A stretch of DNA of 64,000 nucleotides from Candidatus Hodarchaeota archaeon (GTDB lineage Archaea; Asgardarchaeota; Lokiarchaeia; Sigyniarchaeales; SOKP01): NCBI GenBank assembly GCA_048887225.1, contig JBHLJY010000003.1, forward strand, positions 46,420 through 110,419, in the 5' to 3' direction. Made by a program: the position numbers and the translations under genes. A model generated the notes under the pieces. The model saw only the letters and a list, made by a program, of their open reading frames with translations, was not told the DNA's origin and ran no database searches. Position 1 is the first letter of the stretch, and each line of letters opens with the position of its first letter. This document shows, in pieces, positions 10,340 through 18,765 of the stretch.

Positions 10340-11068
10340 ATGGATTTTCCGAAAATAAATCTTCATACCCATACGATTTTTTCTGATGGTAGAAATAGCA
10401 TTAAAGAAATCGTAATGAAATCTCTCAAGAAGGGATTAAATTATCTTGCCATTACTGATCATTTTTCAAATTCATGGAAATCTGGTATAATTTCTACATT
10501 AAACACGACTGAAAAAATTCAGGAATACTTAAAACAGATATCAGATTGTCAGAACTTCTTAAAAAATACTAATAAAACTATGAAACTCTACAAAGGTATT
10601 GAAATCGATATTGGAAGTTCATTTAATTTTATAAAAAGGTTTATCCAACCAGTCAAATTTAATTTAATCTTATTTGAATATCTCGAAACTCCAGAAGGTT
10701 TAGCATATATTAGAAATATAATTGAATATTGGAAAAAAACCACTCCTATTAATAATAAATTTCCATTATTAGGCTTAGCTCATTTCGATCCATCAAGTTT
10801 TATGTATCAAGGCCTAGATCAATTAATATTTTTTCTAAAAGAATATAATATATATTTCGAGTTTAACTCAAGTTATTACGAATATTTTTCTCGAAGAAAT
10901 GAATTATTTTTTCAAAAATTAAAAAAACAAAATATACCTGTAGCTATAGGGAGCGATGCTCATAATTCAAGGGGATTGGATGAAATAGGAGAACCTTATG
11001 AAATGATTAAAGTTTATAATCTTGAGAAAAACTTAGAAGTATTTTTGGAAAATTTGAAAAAGAGATAA
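10340..11068 (+). CDS. PHP-domain (histidinol-phosphatase-like) metal-dependent phosphoesterase
   Basis: N-terminal 'NLHTHTIFSDGR', 'AITDH', and C-terminal 'GSDAHN' PHP motifs. Confidence 0.75.
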   Translation: MDFPKINLHTHTIFSDGRNSIKEIVMKSLKKGLNYLAITDHFSNSWKSGIISTLNTTEKIQEYLKQISDCQNFLKNTNKTMKLYKGIEIDIGSSFNFIKRFIQPVKFNLILFEYLETPEGLAYIRNIIEYWKKTTPINNKFPLLGLAHFDPSSFMYQGLDQLIFFLKEYNIYFEFNSSYYEYFSRRNELFFQKLKKQNIPVAIGSDAHNSRGLDEIGEPYEMIKVYNLEKNLEVFLENLKKR

Positions 11069-11091
11069 TTAAGAAATTATTGGTTTCTTGA

Positions 11092-11523
11092 TTAAATTGA
11101 AAAATTTAATTTGATTTTTCCACTCATTACTTTGTCACCACCTAGTTTTTCTGCTTGGTATTCACAATCTACAATTTTTTTATTATTTTTAGTCTTGATG
11201 TCAGAAATCTTTCCTTTAAATACTATTACGTCGTCTGGATAAACGGGATTCTCAAATTTTACGGTAATATTACTTAATGCTTTTATATTACTATCAATCC
11301 AATCAATTATCCATTTAGGGATAAAAGAAAATAAAAAATTGCCAGCTACAAGAACATCATTATAGCCTAATCTTTGCACATAAATTTTACTAAGATGCAT
11401 TGGATTAATTTCCCCTATTAATCTGTTATATTGCTTATAGGTTTTTTTATCAACTTTTACATTTAGAGGTGGAATAAGTTGCCCTATTTTTATCGTATTT
11501 AGATCCAATTTTTTATCCAACAT
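11092..11523 (-). CDS. MaoC-like hotdog-fold dehydratase subunit
   Basis: 143 aa. 'GEINPMHL' resembles the hydratase-2 motif. It is adjacent to a second hotdog ORF. Confidence 0.65.
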   Translation of the reverse strand: MLDKKLDLNTIKIGQLIPPLNVKVDKKTYKQYNRLIGEINPMHLSKIYVQRLGYNDVLVAGNFLFSFIPKWIIDWIDSNIKALSNITVKFENPVYPDDVIVFKGKISDIKTKNNKKIVDCEYQAEKLGGDKVMSGKIKLNFSI

Positions 11524-11547
11524 TTTAAGTGCATCTAATTTTATTTA

Positions 11548-12039
11548 TTATAATCTGAAAAAACATATATGATTATCAATGGCATAAATATTATTATTTT
11601 CATCTAAAACAGAAAATTTAAAAGTTATAGAACAGTAAACTCCCTTCTTTCCTTTTTTTTCAATTGGTTCTGATAGTTCTACTTTTATTGTGTATTTTTT
11701 ATTCATTAAAAGTGGCATAAAAAATTCTACTTCTGATCCCACATGTATAAATGCTTTAACCAAATTTGAGAATAAATCTGGTCCACTTTTAGTTAGAATT
11801 TGCTGAACTAAAGGATTTGTAAGACTCATTAAATAACCTGGATGGATTATTTTACTTTCAAAACCTGCTTTAATTGCTGTTGAATCGTCTCGAAAAATTA
11901 AATTGTTATCTTCAATCAATTCGCAATATTTTACAATCTCCATTTCATCTTGATCAATTTCTGTAATACCAATATCTTCCATATTTTTTTTCAATCGCAT
12001 ATTAAGTTCTTCTATTTTTGATGAACTAATGTTTGTCAT
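11548..12039 (-). CDS. hotdog-fold protein (MaoC N-terminal-like partner subunit)
   Basis: 163 aa with hotdog-like size and pattern. It lies 24 nt upstream of the MaoC-like ORF on the same strand. Confidence 0.55.
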   Translation of the reverse strand: MTNISSSKIEELNMRLKKNMEDIGITEIDQDEMEIVKYCELIEDNNLIFRDDSTAIKAGFESKIIHPGYLMSLTNPLVQQILTKSGPDLFSNLVKAFIHVGSEVEFFMPLLMNKKYTIKVELSEPIEKKGKKGVYCSITFKFSVLDENNNIYAIDNHICFFRL

Positions 12040-12162
12040 AGATTAAACTCTTTTAAAAAGAATTTTTAAATAATCAAATTTTCACAATTTAATTCCTTTT
12101 ATTAATAATGAAAGTAAACATAATAATTATCTTTTTATAATCGAAGTTTCTTAGTTTATATT

Positions 12163-12915
12163 ATGGATTTAGAAGAAAAAATTGAATTAGCTGCAAAATG
12201 GGTCGCCGATTCAAAAAAGTTAGTGGTTTTTACAGGTGCAGGAATATCAACAGATAGCGGATTACCGGATTATAGGGGACCAGAGGGTGTTTGGACAAGA
12301 CGCGATAAAGGGTTACCTCCACCTAAATCACCTCCGTGGGATCAAGTAACACCTAATGCTGGACATATGGTTATTGTGGATTTATTAAAAATGGGAAAAT
12401 TAGATTATCTTATCTCTCAAAATGTTGATGGACTCCACGCAAAATCAGGAATCCCTTTTGAAATCATGGCAGAATTACATGGAAACATGTACTTCATGAA
12501 ATGTTTAGGGGATTGTGGAAAAAAAATGACATTTGAAGATGCTGGATGGGATAAAAAAAAGTGGGGGAAAGGATATCTCACCAATCGGATAAGAAAAGAT
12601 CAGCCTAATTGCCCTAACTGTGGGGGAAGACTTATTAATAGTATTGTGAACTTTGGAGATCCTTTACCTCAAGACGAATTATATGAATCAATAAGAAGAT
12701 CTGAACAATCAGATGTTTTTTTTGTTATCGGATCTTCCTTAGTCGTAACACCTGCGGCTAGTATGCCTGGGATTGCAAAAAAAAATGGGGCGAAGCTAAT
12801 TATTTTGAATGCGGGTGAAACGCCTTATGATCAAGTAGCTGACTTAAGATTTTTTAATACAATAAGTGAAGTACTTCCTCCAATCATGGAAAAAGTAAAA
12901 GCTATGGTTAATTAG
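12163..12915 (+). CDS. NAD-dependent protein deacylase, Sir2 family (SIRT6/7-like)
   Basis: '[20 protein letters not shown]', 'QNVDGLH', 'ELHGN', and a Zn ribbon with 'CPNCGG'. Near-collinear with recalled human SIRT6. Confidence 0.9.
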   Translation: [250 protein letters not shown]

Positions 12916-12924
12916 AGGCTTTAC

Positions 12925-14568
12925 TTATTTTAACTTAGCAAAAATTTTTTTATTTCTGTCGACTTCTTTGAGAATTCTTCTTCCTTCTTGATTAGATAAG
13001 GATAAATTAATATCACTACTTCTACTTAATGAACCTGTAAAAATAAGCTCATTTTCTGCAAAGACTTCAATGTTTTGACTCGCATATTGAGGATCTGCTT
13101 GAATTATAATTTTTTTTTTATCAATTGTAATGTCTAATTCAATCATTTTTTTCATTGATTTCTTCTTTTTATTCGGGAATTCTGAGAGTTTTTTCCCTCT
13201 CCTTGGTTTTATCGGGACTATTACTACATCTTGACCAAAAGAATAAATCTCATATTTTAATTGCCCAGTACCATAATCTCTAACATCAACAACGGGGCGC
13301 GCTAAGTCTTTATCTCTAAATCCATTTGGAACCTTTACTGTCATTTTCAGGACTAAAACATTGGTAATATCTCCTCCTTCTATGAAAATAATTGTATCAA
13401 TAATAGAAGGAAGCATTCCTAGTTCTACACGACCTATAAATCTCTGGATGGCATCTATAGCGGAGGAAGAATGAACCACTCCTATCATACCTACTCCTGA
13501 TAAACGAAAATCAGCATAAATTTCAAAATCTTTTGTAGTTCTCACCTCGTCAAAAATAGTATAATCAGGTCTTACAAGCAGTAAAACGTCCGCAGAATTT
13601 TCTAGACTTCCTTCAAGCTTAGTATATTGTGTGATCTCTGGTTCAACTTGTAAATCTCTAACACTTTCTAATGTTTTTACTACTTTGTCTCGTTCTAAAT
13701 AATAATTTGCCAATGCTGCTGAAAACGTTGATTTTCCCGCACCTGGCGACCCCGCTACTAAAATACCTTCTGCCTTTTGTAATCTTTCTCTTAATCTACT
13801 ATCAATACTATAATCATTTAAAGTTAAGCTAACTAAAGGGCGGACTGCTGTAATTTCCACATCATTAGAAAAGGGAGGTCGAGTGATGACAATTCTAAAT
13901 TCTCGTAATTGTGCAACTACGGCGCCTTCTTTTTCGATTTCGATAAAGGAACGTTCATCTTCTCTAACATTTTCTATTATTTCAAGAGCAATATCTTCTA
14001 TTAATTTATTGTTAATAGACTCATGATCTACCTTTACTAAATGCCAATCACCTGGAGCACCTTTTTTCGCATAAGGGGGCAAACCTCGTTTAAGATGAAC
14101 ACTCATAGTTGTCTCATCAAAATAATCAAAAATCTTGAGCTTTAAAGATTCTTTTCTAAGGGGTGGCTTCTTTTCCCAAGCAAATAAAACTTCTAAACCC
14201 TCAAAAATACCTACATCCCCTTGAATTCTATCTGCCGTAATTAATATAGCATTGTTTTCTAAAGCAGATTTCCGTATTAATGCATCGAGCTCCCCACCTG
14301 GACTCATTTTTATTTCCTCTCTCGTTGGGCGACTCCCTATGATTTTCAAATTAATTTTTTTCTCATTATGAAGTTCTCGTAATTCTTTTAAGATATTAAG
14401 CCCGTAAAATCCTATCTCTTTTTGAATATTTGTACGATATTCAACTTCTGCAATAACAATATTAGAAATAATGATTTCTGGATTGTCTCCCAATTCTCCA
14501 TCCTCAATAAGACTTAGAATCTGACCATTAAAAATAACAGAAGTGTCACATGCAAATTTATCTGGCAT
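12925..14568 (-). CDS. archaeal PIN-domain / PilT-type ATPase / KH-domain protein (COG1855-like)
   Basis: 547 aa with an N-terminal PIN-like segment and Walker A 'GSPGAGKSTF'. Length and layout are typical of the conserved archaeal PIN-ATPase-KH protein. Confidence 0.8.
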   Translation of the reverse strand: MPDKFACDTSVIFNGQILSLIEDGELGDNPEIIISNIVIAEVEYRTNIQKEIGFYGLNILKELRELHNEKKINLKIIGSRPTREEIKMSPGGELDALIRKSALENNAILITADRIQGDVGIFEGLEVLFAWEKKPPLRKESLKLKIFDYFDETTMSVHLKRGLPPYAKKGAPGDWHLVKVDHESINNKLIEDIALEIIENVREDERSFIEIEKEGAVVAQLREFRIVITRPPFSNDVEITAVRPLVSLTLNDYSIDSRLRERLQKAEGILVAGSPGAGKSTFSAALANYYLERDKVVKTLESVRDLQVEPEITQYTKLEGSLENSADVLLLVRPDYTIFDEVRTTKDFEIYADFRLSGVGMIGVVHSSSAIDAIQRFIGRVELGMLPSIIDTIIFIEGGDITNVLVLKMTVKVPNGFRDKDLARPVVDVRDYGTGQLKYEIYSFGQDVVIVPIKPRRGKKLSEFPNKKKKSMKKMIELDITIDKKKIIIQADPQYASQNIEVFAENELIFTGSLSRSSDINLSLSNQEGRRILKEVDRNKKIFAKLK

Positions 14569-15163
14569 TAAAATCAGAATTGATATCTTTATTCATAATC
14601 TGAAAATTCTTCACATTGTAATAAATAGGCTTACTTAACCTGTCTACTGTTGCAACAATTAGTTCCTTGCGAGAACTCATGGCAACTCTAGAAATTTTGT
14701 CTAAATCTCTTAATTCTATCGGATCTCCCTCAAAAACGGGGAAAATTAAATATTTAGCGGAATCTTTTTCGTAATCTGCACCTCTTTTATACACCCGAAA
14801 TTCAATTCCATCTCCATATCCCGTACGAACTATATATCCTCTCTTTCTTAAATCCATATAGATTATGTACTTATGCCATAATTTTTCGTCAAATTGAGTA
14901 AAATAAGTTAAAATATCTTCAAAATTGTATTGCTTCTTATTCTTATCATTATCTTCCCATATCAATATCCTATGCCTTTCACTAAGGAGTAATACTTCAA
15001 CAGAATCTAAAATTAAAATTTCTTTTCCTTCCCTATTTTTTTCAACATTCCCTATATATGAAATTTTGTAAAATTCTTCAATTCCTGCAAGATCCGAAAT
15101 CAATACTTTATCTTTCTCTATTGCGCCTTCTACTTGTATTTTCTCATCAGATTTTTCTGTCAT
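14558..15163 (-). CDS. endA: tRNA-splicing endonuclease subunit (EndA family)
   Basis: Collinear with recalled M. jannaschii EndA: 'DLRKRGYIVRTGYGDGIEFRVYKRG' and 'VAMSSRKELIVATVD...IYYNV'. Overlaps the downstream PIN-ATPase gene by 11 nt. Confidence 0.8.
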   Translation of the reverse strand: MTEKSDEKIQVEGAIEKDKVLISDLAGIEEFYKISYIGNVEKNREGKEILILDSVEVLLLSERHRILIWEDNDKNKKQYNFEDILTYFTQFDEKLWHKYIIYMDLRKRGYIVRTGYGDGIEFRVYKRGADYEKDSAKYLIFPVFEGDPIELRDLDKISRVAMSSRKELIVATVDRLSKPIYYNVKNFQIMNKDINSDFNAR

Positions 15164-15262
15164 ATCCTAATTGATCAATTATATTTTCTAATTAATGAAT
15201 TTAATCATTTCTTTACCCAATTAGAAAAATTAATTTGGTATCGAGTATTTTTTTCCTTAACT

Positions 15263-15832
15263 ATGAAAGAACTGCTGGAAAAATTGCTAATTCGATTAAA
15301 GGGCGCAAAAAAAGTCCTATTTATGGGTATTGGTGAAGAAAAAATGACGGATGATGGAGTAGGACCTTATATTACAAGTGAACTTCTTAATTATTCCAGC
15401 GAAAAATTCTTATTTATAAATGCTAATATTGATCCAATGTCAAGAATCGATTATATTTTTAATTTTCATCCTTCTCATTTAGTCATTTTGGATACATGCA
15501 CATTAGATGCCCCTCCTGGCACCATTGCTCTTTTAGAACGAGAAAATATAGGTGAATTTGTACCAATATCTTCTCATACTATACCAATTCATATTGTAAT
15601 TGATTTAATCCTCGAAAAAATCCCTAATTTGAGTGTACTTATGATCGGTTTTGTTCCAGAAAGTCTTGAAGGATTCGAGGAGCTTACTTTATATAAAGAT
15701 AGAGAATTCACTATTGATGATAAAAACGAAAATTTAGACATACCTTTTTTTAATTTTCAACTTACCGAAACAATTCAAAAAGTAGCTGACGAAATGATTA
15801 TTGTTATTAAAGAATTAATTAAAAAGTTGTAA
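15263..15832 (+). CDS. hydrogenase maturation endopeptidase (HycI/FrhD-like)
   Basis: 'LFMGIGEEKMTDDGVGPYI' and 'VILDT...SSHTIP' match the protease family. I use the internal ATG at 15263 (M44 of the tracked ORF 15134..15832). The upstream extension is low-complexity and overlaps endA. Confidence 0.7.
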   Translation: MKELLEKLLIRLKGAKKVLFMGIGEEKMTDDGVGPYITSELLNYSSEKFLFINANIDPMSRIDYIFNFHPSHLVILDTCTLDAPPGTIALLERENIGEFVPISSHTIPIHIVIDLILEKIPNLSVLMIGFVPESLEGFEELTLYKDREFTIDDKNENLDIPFFNFQLTETIQKVADEMIIVIKELIKKL

Positions 15833-15899
15833 AATTTTCTCTTGAATCTTTAATATAATGATATAAACGTCTTAGAAAGATTTTTAAAAATTGCTTTGC

Positions 15900-16724
15900 C
15901 TAACATACTAAACAATTTTCTCTCTTTTCTAAAATATAACTTTCTAAAGTGTTGGAAAATAGGTCAAATATGATTCGATTTGGGCAATCTTTTCTATGGA
16001 TTGCTTGAATTAATATATTCACTGCTAAAGTCGAAGAAACCATTGCTGTTAGAATCATAGTTGCTCCAAATTCTAGATTTTTAAAATCATGGTTCTCCAG
16101 TTCTTTCCAATCTATTTTCTCGAATGATAAGATATTATCTTGTGAAAATTTTTTAACCATTTGTTTACTCCTCACAGAACACAAAATTGCTTGAAGACAT
16201 TCGTAACACGGTTTATTTCCGTCTGAAGCTTGATATAGAATCATCCCCGAATATCCAGAAAAAGGGTCAGTTCCACTATAAATCATTGGTTTCCCTAGTT
16301 TTAAACATACAATACCAACTAATGATCTCTTTATTTCTGGTAAATCTAAACTATTCATGATAAAATCACTTTCCTTAACGATTTCTACTGTTTTTTGCCA
16401 ATCCTCAAAAATGTCGTAATTGTAGGCTACGATTTCTGAAGATAAATTATCCAAACGATCTAATGTATTTTTTGCTACGTTGGCTTTATTCTTTCCGATA
16501 TCTTTCTTTGAATAAAGAGTTTGTCTATTTAAGTTTGAGGCCTCAACGATGTCGTAATCAACTAAAATTATTTTTTTAAATCCAATTCTCGTAGCTAATA
16601 ATGCAATATTGCAACCTATACCTCCAATCCCTAAAATAGACAAAATCGACGATCTTATTTTATTCTGCGAAAACCATGGTATTTTTTCTTGACGGGAGAA
16701 AAATCTATTATTATATTTACTCAT
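15900..16724 (-). CDS. compact E1-like adenylyltransferase (ThiF/MoeB/UBA family)
   Basis: 'LGIGGIGCNIA' nucleotide loop, 'DYDIVEASNLNRQ', and Zn-type pairs 'CYEC' and C-terminal 'CLVC'. Start set at M15 ('MSKYNN'); the tracked ORF extends to a TTG at 16766. Confidence 0.8.
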   Translation of the reverse strand: MSKYNNRFFSRQEKIPWFSQNKIRSSILSILGIGGIGCNIALLATRIGFKKIILVDYDIVEASNLNRQTLYSKKDIGKNKANVAKNTLDRLDNLSSEIVAYNYDIFEDWQKTVEIVKESDFIMNSLDLPEIKRSLVGIVCLKLGKPMIYSGTDPFSGYSGMILYQASDGNKPCYECLQAILCSVRSKQMVKKFSQDNILSFEKIDWKELENHDFKNLEFGATMILTAMVSSTLAVNILIQAIHRKDCPNRIIFDLFSNTLESYILEKRENCLVC

Positions 16725-16801
16725 AATTAATGAGAAAAAAGGAGTAAAGAAATATAAAAATAACAAATTTAAATAATAAAAAATTATAAAAAAAAAAATT
16801 T

Positions 16802-17062
16802 TTAAATCAAAAATCCTCCTGCTTGCGTAGCCATAACAGTTATTACGTCTTTTTTAGGGTGAATCCCGATTTTAGCAAATTTTAAATTATCTGGTAGTAC
16901 CTTTCCTTTAAAAATAAATTGAATTGCCAAGATAGGATTCAATTTATATTCTCTCTGAACTGATTTTTTGATATCAGCAATATTTTGATTAGGATCTACC
17001 TCAATTAATTTAATAGCTTGGTCTGGAGGGACACCAGTAAGTCGGAACCTATATTGAGTAAT
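16802..17062 (-). CDS. ubiquitin-family beta-grasp protein with GG + 3-residue C-terminal tail (start codon unresolved)
   Basis: Hand translation of the open frame 16805..17065 gives 'ITQYRFRLTGVPPDQAIKLIEVDPNQNIADIKKSVQREYKLNPILAIQFIFKGKVLPDNLKFAKIGIHPKKDVITVMATQAGGFLI*'. It matches the ubiquitin pattern xIFxGKxLxDxxxLxxxxIxxxxxIxxV...GG. There is no in-frame ATG/GTG/TTG, which is why it is absent from the ORF track. Confidence 0.6.
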   Translation of the reverse strand: MTQYRFRLTGVPPDQAIKLIEVDPNQNIADIKKSVQREYKLNPILAIQFIFKGKVLPDNLKFAKIGIHPKKDVITVMATQAGGFLI

Positions 17063-17203
17063 TTTTTATCACTTTCTTTTTTTAGATTAGGATTTATTAT
17101 ATCTATTATATCATTTGAAATAATTAAGGATTTTTATCTAAATAATTATACTTAAGTTTGATGTTTTAAAATTTAAATCTATTCCCAAGATAAAATTTGA
17201 TCT

Positions 17204-17392
17204 TTAAATTCGAAATGGTTCGGGTGGTGGCGGGGGACCAGGTGGTGCTGGGCCTGGATGAATAGGAGGGCTTGGTCGAAACGGAGGGCGTTGAAATAAG
17301 TTTTCTAAGGACGAAAGTCGATTTTCTAACTCATCTATTTTTTTTTCAATTTTATTTATCCTTTCCAATAAATTCGGGTTTTCTATTGACAT
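17204..17392 (-). CDS. 62-aa micro-protein: short coiled coil + polyproline tail
   Basis: 'LLERINKIEKKIDELENRLSSLENL' followed by 'RPPFRPSPPIHPGPAPPGPPPPPEPF'. The tail is a locally GC-rich island in AT-rich DNA, which argues for selection on the coding frame. Confidence 0.45.
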   Translation of the reverse strand: MSIENPNLLERINKIEKKIDELENRLSSLENLFQRPPFRPSPPIHPGPAPPGPPPPPEPFRI

Positions 17393-17601
17393 CTTTAAAT
17401 AATTTCAATTTATTTTTTTCAATTTTAATTGTTTCATAATAATGGAACTCATTTTTTTTAAAATTTTTATCTAAATTTTTTTAAAAACAATCTATTTTTA
17501 TAATCCATACTAAATTTTAATTTTAAGTATTTTTCAAAATATTAAGTTTTAGTTTAGAAAAAAAGTATAATTTTTTATATTAATACCACTATTATTCTAT
17601 T

Positions 17602-18717
17602 ATGGAAAGCTGGAATATTTCTAAGAAGCTAAAAAGTGAGTTATTATCAAAAGCCAGTGGTATTGAAGATAATAGCAGAAGGATATTATTTATTCTAAGA
17701 AATCTAGGACCACAAAGATTTACCAATTTAATAAAATATTCCAATTTAAGTAGATCTACAGTCTCAAAATACTTAAATCTCCATAGTGAAAATAATTATA
17801 TTGAACAGAAATTAATTCCCGATAAATTTTCCAATCAACGATATCGTGGATATGTCATAACAGATAAAGGCAAGGAAAAACTCGGTGCGGAACCTTTAAA
17901 GTTAAAGGAAGAATTATTTATGATAAATCAGCTTAAAGAAAACGTTAAAAAGCTTGAAAATTTAATTTCTTTTTATAAAGAAATAGGTATTGAAGATTCT
18001 TTTATTTTTCATGTTGTACGAATTGTTTCAAAAATTGGAGAAAATTTCTTCGAAATTCAACAAGATAGAGATCTTTACCTTGCATTGTTTTATGTTTTTT
18101 ACAATTCTATTCTTGGTCAAGGTGCTTTTGCTAAAAAATATTGGAGGTTTGATGAGTCAAAAGTAGAACCTCAAGAGTTAGATAAAAATTTTCCTGGCTA
18201 TAAATTGAATCTAGATCAATTTTGTGAAATTTACAATGTGGCACCAGAGGCTATTAATTACTTAGCAAGATTAAAATTAATGTCAAGTGAATTAGGATTT
18301 TATTTGATTAAACGTGAAAATGATGATTTCTTTTTTCACGAGGAAGATCTACTAGGAACAACAGCTTTACGCTTAATTAAAGACCGACTAATTGAGGAAA
18401 TTATATATATTAATTCCGGATTCCATACAGAACTCTATGATTTAGATAAAATGGCAGCAGAAATAACAGAGCAATTAAAGGAAATGGGAATAATATGGGA
18501 GGCGATCCAAGAACAATTTGAAATATTAATTTTGAATCTTATTATAAAAAATTCTATCGATATGGGCTTTTTAGAAACGGATAGAAAAAAACTAATGGAG
18601 AGAATTTCAGAATCAAAAAAATTAACTAACTCAATAGAAGGTAGAAAACTTAAAGAGAATATTTTGGAAGGATTTAATATACAAAAAGATTTGAATATTC
18701 TTACAATCATAAAATAA
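17602..18717 (+). CDS. winged-helix (MarR/ArsR-like) DNA-binding protein with large C-terminal domain
   Basis: N-terminal 'RILFILRNLGPQRFTNLIKYSNLSRSTVSKYLNLHSENNYIEQK...YVITDKGKE' fits a wHTH domain. The remaining ~270 aa are unassigned. Confidence 0.5.
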   Translation: MESWNISKKLKSELLSKASGIEDNSRRILFILRNLGPQRFTNLIKYSNLSRSTVSKYLNLHSENNYIEQKLIPDKFSNQRYRGYVITDKGKEKLGAEPLKLKEELFMINQLKENVKKLENLISFYKEIGIEDSFIFHVVRIVSKIGENFFEIQQDRDLYLALFYVFYNSILGQGAFAKKYWRFDESKVEPQELDKNFPGYKLNLDQFCEIYNVAPEAINYLARLKLMSSELGFYLIKRENDDFFFHEEDLLGTTALRLIKDRLIEEIIYINSGFHTELYDLDKMAAEITEQLKEMGIIWEAIQEQFEILILNLIIKNSIDMGFLETDRKKLMERISESKKLTNSIEGRKLKENILEGFNIQKDLNILTIIK

Positions 18718-18765
18718 ATAAGAAAAAAAAAAATTAAATAGTTTAACCTTACTCTTTGAGTATGT

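Noticed and set aside
12163-12915. Sir2 domain as part of an anti-phage defence system (Thoeris/DSR/SIR2-HerA-like)
   Set aside because: The protein is a compact canonical sirtuin with a Zn ribbon and intact NAD/acyl-lysine motifs. It has no associated effector/sensor genes (TIR, HerA, pAgo, helicase) in the neighbourhood.
15134-15262. N-terminal extensions of tracked ORFs (15134..15262; also 16725..16766 and 59675..59740)
   Set aside because: The extensions are Phe/Leu/Ile/Asn low-complexity sequence. They overlap neighbouring genes or promoters and precede an internal Met that matches the family N-terminus, so the shorter starts are preferred.
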